Origin: Dicyema japonicum | Taxonomy: Eukaryota > Animalia > Dicyemida | Assembly: GCA_011109175.1 (NCBI GenBank) | Contig: RDEW01000042.1 | Coordinates: 192,504-256,503, forward strand | Length of the DNA: 64,000 bases | Direction of reading: 5' to 3' | Part shown: positions 37,798 through 49,934 of the stretch, one piece after another | Layout of the letters: each line of letters begins with the position of its first letter | Numbering within the stretch: the stretch's first letter is position 1 | The notes under the pieces: generated by a model | What the model was told of the DNA's origin: nothing | Databases searched by the model: none | Seen by the model: the letters and a program-made list of their open reading frames with translations, nothing else | Position numbers and translations under genes: made by a program

Positions 37798-38229
37798 TAA
37801 TAGTTCAATGACATTTTATTATAAATTCTAATATTATTTTTATTTTTTCTATTTTATATATTATTTTAAAAATAACATATTTTTATTTTATTTATCAACA
37901 AATCTAAAAATCTTGTTTCTTATTTATTAATGATCTATCATTATTTAACGTTTTGTCATTTTATTTTATATGTATGATATGCCATTAACCTTCGATCAGT
38001 TATTACTTCATTTAATTTTATTAAAATAGACATTATTATAAGATATATAGTTATAATTAATATCAAATGACCTTTGACCTTGGTTTACCAGAAGATATAT
38101 ATTTGGCATTCTTTTAGTAACATCTACTATTGCCAGATATTCACAAATTATACATCTTCTCACATGGTTATGTTCGTCTTTATTATTATCAAAAGCACAT
38201 TTACAGACCCAAAGAACGTTATATTAACT

Positions 38230-38640
38230 AAGGTCCCGTTGGCTTCAATAGACGTCTCCATCGCCCTCCACTTTGTGCATCTGTCCGTAGATCTCATAGC
38301 TCTTGTGCATATTTAAGTTTTCTTCCAATCCATTAAGATCCTTGTTCAGAGCCACTGGTAGAGTGACTTTGGGTCTTCCTCTGAACGATGGTTTGTTCTC
38401 ATTGTTAAAGTAATTGTCCATTATTATATTTGCAGGGGCGTTTATGTCTATTCTAAGCACGTGCCCAAACAGTCTCAATCTTGATTCAATAATGTCAATT
38501 CTTATTGGCCTCGATTGTGCCACAGAGTATTATTTTTTATTTGAAATCTTTTTGGGGCAACCTAGACCCATTAAATTGGGTAATTGTTTTCTATGAAATA
38601 TATCCATTTTTCTTGAGCTCTAGCTCCTTGACCCCTATGT
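38230..38640 (-). mobile_element. RTE LINE 3' remnant
   Basis: RLRLFGHVLRIDINAPAN.IMDNYF..FRGRPKVTLP..LNKDL. Confidence 0.85.
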
Positions 38641-38959
38641 ACCCCGATGTGAAGAGATCATTTGACATGTGTTGAAATAGACATAATAATTCAAAAACCA
38701 CATCACCAGTTCAACCAAATGTTCGTCTTTTCCAATACAATATTCTCTAAAAACGATCGCATTTGCTATTTCGTTAATTTTATTTGTATTACAATAAAAA
38801 CCTGTATTGGTTGCAACTTTATTTGAATAAAAATCATGAATATTTTGCGATTATCAGCGGTTATTAATTAAGTTATTTTATCCTTTGTCATAGTTTAGCT
38901 TTAAGTTTTTAAAAAATTCAATATTTTTTACAATTGATTAATGATCCTTGAAAATTCTA

Positions 38960-40590
38960 ATAAGCGAGATCGGAAGCAGCTCTGAATATGTGGCTATTCC
39001 CTATTAAAATGGCGTGCGAGTTTCAATCAAATAATCAACAGCGCTCACGGGAATCTCCTGTTCGTGCAGAAATCTGATTTCCTAGAAGACTCAAAAATTC
39101 TAGCGTCGCGGGGAAAGGGAACCACACATCTCAATAGTAAGAGAATCAAACAAAAATCCTTGGGTAGAACCGCGTACTTTGCCCTTGTTAACTTCTCGAC
39201 CTACTTTCTCAAAATAGGCTAAAGAGACACTCTGGAAGTTATTTTATTGACAAAATTCAATGTTTGAACTATGATTAACTTGGCTTGTAATTTCCATTAC
39301 TGCCGAAATAAGGAATATTCTTATCAATTTATTGAAAACGACATTCTTCAGGCATAGATTTTAAATAACGCACACGAACTTGTGTTTGCATGAAAATTAA
39401 TTGTTTTCAGATAGCTTGTAATAAATTTAGAAGAGTAGTCATATTGGATTTCTGCAATAGGTTCATAGCATTCCCATAAATTGGTTCATAGAGGCAAATC
39501 TTCAGAGATCCCGAAGCTTAGCTGTAACTAAACCGCTTATACAGTTTATCCTTCACATTGTTTTCAGGGAAGAACTTTCGATGTCACAACACTTAGACTA
39601 AGCCAAATACGTTAAAATTCTAGCCATCAATTTTGTTGTACAGAAGACGACTTCACCCAAATAATGGTAATAATTCCTACTGATTTCTAAAAATATCTTA
39701 ATTAAGGAGACCGAAAATGCGATTTTTCTCGAATCTCCGATATACCATTAAAAAATATCAATTTTTTGCAAGAAAAAATGATTCTGTTCAACTTTTATCG
39801 CACTATTTTCATCTCACGCCTTGTTTCCCCTTTTTTCTTCTGGCATCTTTTTGTTTCACGAACATGAATCCCTGAGAACCATCACAAAAGACGAATAGAT
39901 TGGTTCATAATAATACTCACTATTTAATTTTTTATAAACCAACTTAAATTAACGCAAAAACTGACAGTTAACAACTGATGAATGCTCTCATAATTGAGGA
40001 AACATTTCCCCTGACAATTTGCAAGGGAATGCGGTAAATGAACCAAATCCTTTTTCTCCTATAATTTTTTTCCTGGCTATGAGCGAGCCAATTCTGTTTA
40101 GCAGCGCCAGTGACCCGTTTCTTATGATTCCTGGCGTTTCTACGGAGACTAGTTAAAAATGAACTGTCCACCAAGACATGCGTATTTCTTTATCTTTAGG
40201 ATCTCAGCCTTCTCCGAAGGAGAGCCTGGGTTAGTTACTGTCGTTACAAGGTTGGAAAGAGAGAGGCTATCGACACAGGTGGCGTCCCATGCAAAGTATA
40301 TTCCGTTTTCCAACGAAAAGAGAGTAGTTCCGTCCGGTCTTTGGTTGGCTGGGACGAGTCCTAGGGAACAGACTGCCCGAGCCATGCATTTCAATGGTTT
40401 AGCGTCCGATCGGTTAAATTAGCGTAGGATCTGGCGTGTGAGACCACTGGAAGCATATGTTGAAGATAGAAAGGCCGGAAGGGCAAGTTCTAGTGGTGAG
40501 CGTATTCCGATTCCTCCGTAGCGAAGAGGTAGTTTGCATTAGCCAGTTTTATCAAAAGGAATGTTGAGAGTTTTTTCAATGGCTGTATAT
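38960..40590 (-). mobile_element. Two decayed CRE-like 3' remnants (about 38960-39200 and 39965-40590)
   Basis: TGDSRER..AILIGNSH; LPLRYGGIGIR, RPDGTTLF, WDATCVD and IVRGN. A further small piece lies near 28690-28770. Confidence 0.75.
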
Positions 40591-40989
40591 TTGATTAACC
40601 AAATTTACAATATTCACATTTTCAAACAAAATCAATTTTTTGTTTTTCGTAGCAAATATGACATTTTTACTTTGAATGAACGCCGTCTTTGATTCAGTGT
40701 CTTTGAAACCTTTTGATTTTATTTCTCATCTCTTTTCTTAACGGACATATGGGAGGTCAGAAGCATGAGGTTTCTAATATGGCATACTATTATACGTGCA
40801 TTAGTCTGAATTCGTATCCTGAATAACCCAATTATAGTAGTACTTGGATTATAAATGCATGCTCTGCGAAAAACGACATGATTATTTGTTTATTTTTCAA
40901 ATATGTCGCGATCGCTGAGAGTGATCCATCAATGTCAAAAATAAAAATAATCTATTATATTAAAGTTAACAAAAATGCTAAGCACTTCT

Positions 40990-41275
40990 GCGTTGACATA
41001 AGCACGTAAAATTCCTAGGGTTTCGCTGGTGCAGAACACACACTTTATTTAATAAATTAATAGATTAGAGGGAGAACCAAGGAATGCTGTTCACTTTTTT
41101 GTTATCTTTTTTTTGGGTGTATGTCCCTTTAGACTATCCAGTTCCACAGTGAATCTCCACTGATGACGGCGTCACTCGTCAAGCCCTTTTAGAATCGTAG
41201 ATGCATGGAAACTTCTACCAGGTGAACAGTAGAGAGATTCGAACCCGTCACCTAAACACTGCGACACCAGCTACA
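40990..41275 (-). mobile_element. tRNA-derived SINE copy, with a 34-bp tandem duplication at its head (41270-41336)
   Basis: GGGTTCGAATCTC B box, core GGCTTGACGAGTGACGCCGTCATCAGTG and TTAAATAAAGTG. Confidence 0.75.
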
Positions 41276-41389
41276 AAAGTGCAAATTAAATATTATTTTC
41301 AAGGCTACAAAAGTGCAAATTAAATATTATTTTCAATGATATTGAGTTTTTGTCGTTGTGAATGAACCACTCCCATCTTTCTATTCATT

Positions 41390-43700
41390 TTTTTAATAAT
41401 CGAGAGGTTTTACTTGTGTTCTTCCAGCGTACCCACGGCTTTCCTGTATCGACGACGATCATCTTTCATTAAGAGTTGAAGATGGGTAGGTTTTTCTCCC
41501 AATTTACGTGTATTTGAGGCTTCTAGTCTTAAATGGAAGACACGACTTGTCTCATGACCACTCAGACCGATGAAACCGAGCCGTTGTTTTTGATTGAGGC
41601 GTGATCAAGAATTGGGGGAAAGATCGGCAGGTAGATTTGTTTGACGTGCAGGTTTGCCTGTTAGGGAATTGATCTTGTATAAATTGGATATTGAAACTCC
41701 ATAAGCCCATAAGGCACAAGCATACTCTACCGTCGGTTTTAGAAATTAATTGTACAAGATGACAGCGCATTCTCGTGACGGCCTGGACTTTAAGAGCGGT
41801 TTTATTATATTCAGTTTCTTGAGATCCTTTGTCATAACGTTCTTCACATGTTGAGAAGATGTCATTAAAAGGTCAAAAGTCACTCCCAGAATAGTTGGAT
41901 GAATCTGTAAAGGTAAAGAGTATCCATATATGCTCAAATCCAGTGTATATTTTTCTTTTCTGTCTGTGGTGAAGATAGTATACGTTGATTTATCCCTGGA
42001 TATGGAGAGACGATTCAAATTCAACCAGGCTCCCAGGTCATCAATATGTGACTGAAGCTCTGATTTTGCAATTTCCACGTATTTGCTCTTACTAGCGATT
42101 AATTAAGTCGTTAGCATATGTGAGAAGCATTGAATCTGGTCCTCCAACGCAGGGTAAATCGTTTAGGAATTAATTGAATAACGCAGGAGAGAGGGGCGAT
42201 CCTTAAGGGACCCATTTGGTACAAGACGGGACCTCGATCTTGCATGGCCTATATAGACAAGTCTTCTTCCGGAAAAAAATTGGCTATTTATCTTTTCAAA
42301 GTCAGCTGAATGGTGGTGTCAAAAACTTTTTCGTGAGTAATGTTCTCGGGACAAAATCAAACGCCTTCTGGGTGTCCAAAGAGACCAATATTGTCCGTAG
42401 ATGGCGTTTCGGTTCGTTGAACCCTTCTGATATAAATTGAGACAGTGAAATCAAATGTGTCGTAGTTGAACACTCACATTCCAAACCATGTTGGAAGTTG
42501 CAGTCGCCCAAATGGGGTTTAATTTTCCATAGTACGAGTTTCTCCATTAGGCGCGATAATACGCACGTCAATGAAATGAGGAGACGCTTCTCCGAGTCCA
42601 GAGTAGGCTTGTAAAATTTGTAAACTGCACGTGGGACAAACAACTTATCAGCTCGAAGGATTACATGGTTTAGATGGTCCACTGCTTTGTCGATGGAGCA
42701 AAATGAGCTGGGATCAAAATGTATTAGGTTATGGTCAATGAAGAGCTTGAAATTTGACAGTCAGCTTTCTTGTAGACCTTGAAGGTCGCTTTTTTTACGT
42801 GAGTTATTGAATCGGCTCAGTTTATTATAATCGGATTATGATCACTATGAAAATCGTAGGAGACGTTCCATGAAATCTTCGGGGCAATCCTAGAGAAGGT
42901 AAATGGATATGTCGGGGGGAGGTTAGGTTGTCATTTCTTCGGACTGGTGTCCTTAGAAGATGTTCGGGTGATTCAGAATCGCCATTTTTTCGAGAGAGTT
43001 GATAATTAGACTCCCCCTCTTGTCTGCTGACTGGGTATTGAACCATTGCGGATGTTTGGCGTTGAAATCCCCACATAGTAAAACATTTCGAATTTCGTAC
43101 TGTTTGTCGAGCTTCGGAACATAGTTATTAGGACAGGATCCCGGCGGGGAATGTAATTGTTGATTAGAATATGATGTACTGACCAATTAATAAGATCAAT
43201 TGAAATTTGTTCCGCGGTCCTGTCGTGTAGAATTAAATCATCCACTTGCGAGCTCACATCATGGATGGATAAACCGTTTTTAATAATGGTAAGTAAGCCC
43301 CCACCACGTCCAATACGGTCTTTGATAGAGATGTATTTAGGAAAAAGTGGGGTTGTACTCTTTGTAGAAAGTTTTGACTCCTGGATAAGGCAAATGTCAC
43401 TCTTGTGCTTCGATGATAGACAACGTAACTCCAGAATCTTTGTTTTATACCGTTAGCATTGAGTTGCATAATAACAAGGAGGTTTTTGGTCCTGGGTTTT
43501 GTTCAATATCTCCAGAAAGCAATAGAATCCAGGGGAACAAACAACATCTCGAGTCTCCAGTTGAGGTATACCATCCAGGCATACGAAAAGTCTGGATAAG
43601 GAAAAAATGGTTCTTTGGGTATTATTCGACACTGAGCCCCACCATAAAAGGTGAACCCATGACGCTACGCTAACATTACAAAACTTAACCAACAAAAATT
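41390..43700 (-). mobile_element. Near full-length decayed Ingi/Vingi-like LINE: 5' structured RNA, 2A leader, endonuclease, RT, no RNase H seen
   Basis: Leader MPGWYTSTGDSRCCLFPWILLLSGDIEQNPGP (43582-43487), then MQLNANGI, CGDFNAKH, FQHG, LDTQKAFD and PTILGVTFD. The 3' part closely matches 2410-2990. Confidence 0.9.
43608..43666 (-). ncRNA. Homolog of the HDV-like pseudoknot in the LINE 5' UTR
   Basis: AGCGTC-ATG-GGTTC-ACC-TTTTAT-GGT-GGGGCT-CA-GTGT..ATAC-CCAAA-GAACCA, with compensatory changes in P1 and P2 relative to 2163-2224. Confidence 0.55.
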
Positions 43701-43989
43701 GGTGTAAATCTTTTATAAAATACTTTCAAACATAATAATTATTACCTAAGATTAATTTCTATTAGTAAAAATAATGATTTTATATAAAAATGAACAAATT
43801 ATTCCGAAACTTTAGTATTGATTAATTTTCAATAAACATGACAGATGTTGGCACCTGTCAAATCACCTGTCATCACACTCAACGCTCGATCACTCTCAGC
43901 GCTAGTGGCATAATAATTTTTGCTCTTCCGCGATTCCAAGTTCATGATCATTATGTCCAGCAATGACCAGAGAAAACAATGTCATTTAT

Positions 43990-44510
43990 GACATGGCAAA
44001 AAATTCTGGGAGTGATCTATGATACGCATATGTGATTCTCTCGGCTAGTTGGAGTTAAAATTAATGAATTAACAGTTGGAAATGTGCTAAACAAATGTGA
44101 GAAAAAAATCAACCTGCTGAAAGGCTAACGGGCTATGAAAAATCAGAAACAATCCAATACTAAAAACACTTTACTCTCATTACATTTAACTTGCATTCTC
44201 TATGCATGTGCCTCAAGGGGACCTTACATCTCATGGACTAATGCACTGAAAATCGCGCTACATAAAAAGGACTTTTGGAATGACAAAGAAATGGTCTACG
44301 GACAAAAGGAACGTGATACCTACACACTTGGAGATCCTTATCTGAAGGAGTAACGGAGGAAAACTGATCAAACGTTATTAGGAGAAAACCTGACCTCAAC
44401 GAGCTTGTGTAGAATCAAGGGAGGAGCATCGAACCGAGCTGAGAGCTTGGATTAATTTGTCGGGATCACTTGTTTGTTTTTTCGTCTTAACGGTGGTCTT
44501 GGAATAAATA
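43990..44510 (+). mobile_element. Decayed Ingi/Vingi-like 3' fragment
   Basis: ILGVIYD, KCEKKINLLK and LYACAS; hairpin CGGGATCACT/GGTGGTCTTG. Confidence 0.75.
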
Positions 44511-45819
44511 TTTGATTTAAGTATTGAGGCAATGAATCAGATTCCAATAAACTAGAAGAGCCACGGGAGAATCAGTTAGAATGTAAGCTTTGAGAGTCAA
44601 TATTTTGTCACTACACTTTCACTCAGTTTAACTCTTTTTGTTAAAAAAAGCACGTGTTATAGTAAAAAATAGGTTTTTTCGGGAGAACGAAACGTCTAAT
44701 GAAATCGTATGCAACAGACTAGGGATCGAATCGGAATGATGGACTTTTCTTGTCATACAGATCCCACTCGTGAGCGACGGATCCTTCTGACACGACACAG
44801 TAGTTGGAAGGGATCTTCTTACTTTATACCTGGTAAGACGTGTGATGGAAATGGAGTAGGCGAACCTATTTCTCCACTTCTCGTATGAAGCGAAACCAAT
44901 AATAAACAATTGTAGAATAAATTTGGTAATCATAAACATAACTTTTTCCTTAGATCAATTATCCGTGACTGTTTGTGCTGAGCTTACTAAATATTGTTAA
45001 CCTGGGGTTAATAAAAATGATGAATATGAGACTTTTTTGTGACAAAATTGAAAGAAATATCTCCAAGGGACAAATCTAATAGCGATCCAATTATAAATAA
45101 AACCTGAAATCGCATAAATAATGTTAACTAGTGTATACTTCTGTCACTCGTGTCGAAAATTTTTTAAAGAATTTTACTTCTATTGAGGGGATGTCCATGA
45201 CATAGTTTCCAAGCTTTCGGTGAGTTGTGAATAAAGTCAAGCTGACTTTTCTGCACCTGTAAGTGATTTTTTGTGAAGCCATAAACTAAGATTATTAGAT
45301 ATAATAGAAATTGTGTTTGACGTCACCAAAGGTAAAGAAGAGAAATTTTCAAATAAGCATCCACGTGACACCACGTGGTAGGTTTTCTACAATTGGGTTT
45401 TAGTTTTATTAAGAAATTCACATACCGCAGAACGATCATAATTTTGGGTTAATGACTCATCATGATGATTTTTTCAAGTTAATAAATTTTTAAACTTTTC
45501 TAACGATCCTTGTTTAAATTCAATCAGTTTTCTTGATTTACAAATGTTTTTAGTTTTGGTAAAAAGTAATACTGTAATCCCGCATAACTCATATAATATG
45601 CATATAAAACATTTGGTAAAACATTATTTCAACTAAAAATGAATTTGGTACATGTTAGCACGTGTTACTGCTATTATTTGGATCATTGATGGAAAGACTG
45701 GAAATTGGTGTTTTAATATCTATGGAAGGATTTCGAACACTCGGGCAATTGATTTTTGTCATTTTGTTGAATGAAATTTATAATTATAATTTGTTAGACT
45801 TTTATAATCTTATACAACA

Positions 45820-46060
45820 CTGTGACCGTATGGTTAAGTGTAATAAGTTACGGATCAAAATCCAGTAGGTTAAGGTTCAATTTGGTTGAAGATTCTACGC
45901 ATCTACTATGCTTCTAGGTTGACGAGTGATGCCGTCATCAGTGTTTCATCACTTGTCTTCTGGGACTCCACGAAAGATAAAAAATCAAAGAACGAAAAGT
46001 CAATAACATTTTCAATGCCTCGGATTAATTAGAAAGACTTCTAGCTTCTTAAATAAATTG
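45820..46060 (+). mobile_element. Decayed copy of the tRNA-derived SINE
   Basis: ggttgaagattctacgcatctac..gttgacgagtgatgccgtcatcagtg..ttaaataaattgtg. Confidence 0.7.
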
Positions 46061-46105
46061 TGAGTTCTGGCTACGATGAGGTTTAAGTAATGGAAACATT
46101 ATTAC

Positions 46106-47585
46106 TAGGGCAAGTTGTTTCTAGCAGTTAAAAAAAATTTTTTAGCGCTAAAAAATCACAAAATCTAGCAATTATAATTATAAAAATTAGCACTTAAAAT
46201 GATAAAATCTAGCATTTAAAATTGTAAAATCTATAACTTAAAATAATAAAATATAACATTTAAATTTTATTTATTGTAATATAATAAAAGGTAATGCTTG
46301 ATATTGTCTGGATGGAAGTTCCTAACCTTTTTTAAAATATTTTTTAGCATTTTAATAGCTCTTTCAACAGATGCAGAGGATGCCTGACAGCGTGTAAGAG
46401 AAAAATAATCTTGTTGGCTAATTTTTGGTTCAGTCATTTCAATAATAGGTTTAAATCCATTTGCCTCCATTCTTTTATTTATATAATTTTTGATATTTGT
46501 CTTGTCATTATCAAAATGTAGTCCTTGTATATCATAATATGCCCTATTGATTGAGTAGTCACAACACTCCGAAAGTTTAAGAAGATCTACTATTTGCGAA
46601 TAATTTAATATGATTTCCGTTAATTGAAACTTAATATCGGATTGTTGACATGATGTTTAGCATTTGATACTAAAACTCCATCTGACTGAAATGCGTTAAC
46701 AATTTCAAAAATTATTTCAAAATTCATGAAATAATATTTCACTGCTTGAAACCAACTTCCCCATCTGCATAAATTAAGCAAAAGAATACCTAGTAACTAC
46801 CACATCAGGTGGGTATCCAACATCCTTGAACAAATTACGACGTTTTCGGTTTTTTACTGTAGCAGCTTAATACGTTAATAATTTTGTAAACTCATTAATC
46901 TTTTTTTCTGCAAGAAACTTAACCGTAATTCTGCATGAAAATCCGGACGAATGTTAATTTTAATTGTTTTAAACATTTTTTCGATCGACTCATTATTTAA
47001 TTTGTATAGCTGGATGTTTGCTTGTACAAAAGCTTCCGTGATCGTATCATTAACCGAATCTACTTTGATTGAATCATTTAATGTTGTTTAAACTGAATTA
47101 CATGAATGACATACAATTGTATTAACAAATTTATACGCATATTGTTCTGATGTTTTAAAGAAGAACGATGAGAATCAACTAAAAAATTTTTTGAACAGTT
47201 GACTTTGGATAAACAAAGAGAACAAAATAGACGGCCATTGTCAGCAATACAGAACTTATATTTGAATTCTCGAGACTATACGCTTAGCTTTATAAGCAAC
47301 GGACACTTGAGTTTTGGCATCACTAAAAATACTATATAGCGTGCTAAATTATTTTATTTAAATTATTTTATTATCATTTTATGGGTGATATTAAAATGAT
47401 TTTTTAAATGCAATTTAAATTAGCATTTAAAAAAAGTTAGCATTTAAAATTAAAAATAGCACTTATAGCATTTATAATGTATGTTCTTTTTTAACAAAAT
47501 TAAAAAATAATTATTCCAAATTCAATTTTATATTAAAATAAGTATAAAAAATAAAAATAGCATTTTAGCACTTAAATTGCCCTTA
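46106..47585 (-). mobile_element. Internally deleted hAT-superfamily DNA transposon (TAGGG termini)
   Basis: Ends TAGGGCAA and TTGCCCTTA, with arrays of TAGCA subterminal repeats at both ends. Transposase remnants PPDVVVTR|WGSWFQAVKYY and SASVERA..K.IL..R.F...NI. Confidence 0.85.
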
Positions 47586-47589
47586 GTAA

Positions 47590-47870
47590 TAACCCTCAAT
47601 TTCTTTAACGAATGCCCAGAGAATTGTGGCAACCCCAAAAAGAGCGTTTTCCGTGTTAGAAAACTGGATCGAAGGCGATCTAAATTCCACACCTACCCCC
47701 TTGGAAGACCTAATAAGAGAAAAGGAAGCCAAACTCAACGATACAGAGGATCAATCGTCCACTGTGTGGTTGTGTTGGATCGAGGGAAGACCACCGGACG
47801 AGCTGAGAGTCTTATTGGAATTCGCCGGGATCACATAATTTCCTGTTTTGTCTTTAAAAAAGATTTCATT
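47590..47870 (+). mobile_element. Ingi/Vingi-like LINE 3' end
   Basis: The ORF ends ...LLEFAGIT*, and WIEGD..STPTPL..L resembles 51341-52003. Confidence 0.7.
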
Positions 47871-48554
47871 ACAATTTCAATTCAAGCCAGTAATAATAGC
47901 TCTCATATTTAACATTCATTTGACACGAATCGCCTAATCATGGTAAAAATCATTCATTATACCGATATGCAAACATGACAAACAAATCAACGAATTACTT
48001 TCCTATCTATCAATCACCAAACGGAGTCCGTGACATCACTTCTTATTTTTTATCTGAGCTATGTGCTATTGTCCAAAACTTGATGCTAATACAATTTCTA
48101 TTTGGATTCTCCAACAACTCCTGCTTTAATCGAAATCCACTAAATTGGATTAGGATTTCCGAGTGAACGATCTGCTATTATCAGTATGACAAGTCCAGCC
48201 TCACTTGTCTCATTAAAGATCCCGACCCAGCGTCTTAGATTATCTTTGCTGAACATAACGCCCGGTGACATCTGATCTGACAGTCGTGGGTTCGAATTCG
48301 TGAGGCGAAGTGAACTTCTGGAATCTTTTAACTCCAAGTACTTTTCGTTCTGATAATTTTTCCTGCATTCAGGCATTGGGATATCTAAAGCACCACGATT
48401 CACCACTAAGTCTTTACTAAGTACATACATGTCATCTTTAATTTCTATTACCATACATAACTTTGTCCCAATAGTAGGAGCTGTTAATTAAGCACATTAT
48501 GACTTTGACCTTTGATTTGTATTGAAAGTCCATTTATCACCAGATTAGTTAGTT

Positions 48555-49290
48555 AAAGCACATCCGCGTTACCAGTAAACACTGTTTATGGTTTCTCTGT
48601 GCCATGTTTTTCGACTAGCCTTTCCGTTATCCTTTTCCATCGCATTCGTCGTGGTACTCGCCTCCTGATTTCGTCAAGATCGTCTGCACCCATCAGTCGG
48701 CCCTCGATCACAGCACAATCCTCCTTAAGTTCCTAAGGAAGACAACTTCTTGGAAGTCCTCTGAATGGTTAAGATACAGTATAGACGAAAAATTCTTCCA
48801 TTGCGGAATTGCATGGTGTTTGTTCGCCCATTGATAGAATATGTCCAAAAAAACTCCAGCGGGTATCAAGTACGTTCAGACTTATTAGTCTACAATCAGT
48901 AAGTCTGTATAATTTATTGTTTGAGATTTTCTTTGTTAAAAGTATCCAAGTATCCTAGGAGTTTTCTTACTTGGCCTCTGTAAAACGAGTCGAGTTGTTT
49001 CATGTCTTTCTTTGATGTCCCACAAGTATCTTCGTTGTACATGAGGAATGGTCAGAGAAATCCATTATATAAGCGTATTCTCATCTTAGTAGAAATTGAT
49101 TCTTTCTCATCAAAATAGATTATAACTTTTTAAGTGCTAATATGGCAAAAATCTATCGTTATGTGATATCTTCTGAATCGCCGCGTAACGACCCGAGTTT
49201 TCGAGTGTTCCTCAACTTCTCATCAACGCAGTCACGGCCCGTATAACGATCTCGGCCAACTTTTCCGGAGAATGTCTGTACTTTCTTCCA
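48555..49290 (-). mobile_element. Decayed RTE-like LINE 3' part
   Basis: RKLGSL.GDSEDI, RWSFFGHIL and DDLDEIRRR..WKRITERLV. Confidence 0.8.
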
Positions 49291-49934
49291 TATTTAGTTG
49301 TGATGTGTGTTGCTCAATGTTATCTTGAAGTTTTCTCCGTTTCATGGTGTTGTTTATCAGTTCCTCTGTAGCTATTCTTCGATATTTAATGTTAGCTGGA
49401 TTTTTGTATGAAATGTTAGCAAATAGTTACCGTATACATATCCGAGCCACCGTTATCCTGTGATAACTGTTTGTTACTACTCCTCCACATGAGCGTGAGT
49501 CCACGAGCAAATTATTGTTTTTGAATTATTTTGTGACAAATTAATTATTTCAATTATTTTTATAATCAAATAAATTATATAAAATTTATATTAATATATG
49601 TTTAAAACACTTCTACATTCATTGGGATTCGTCTTTAACTTTTATGCTTGTTCTGGATGCACTTGTATGAAATTGGAAGGAGTCTGTGACATTGAGAACT
49701 GGTTGCACTTAATTTAGATGTTAACTTCTTTCACAGTGTATCTGGGATTAATAATAATAATAATCAACTTAAGAAATATGACGACCAATGAATCTATGGA
49801 GCTTTTGAATGCGCTCAATACTCTGAGCTGGACGGTTGTTGGTAACCGGCCTCCTACGTGTTTGCGAAGTCTAAGTAACTAACAAAAACCACTTCGCTGT
49901 TATCAATTGATGTTATCAATTTAACAATTTTATT

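Noticed and set aside
48440-48535. Rab-like GTPase start (K|LLLLGQSYV)
   Set aside because: No GK(S/T), DTAG or NKxD motifs could be recovered in any splice model.
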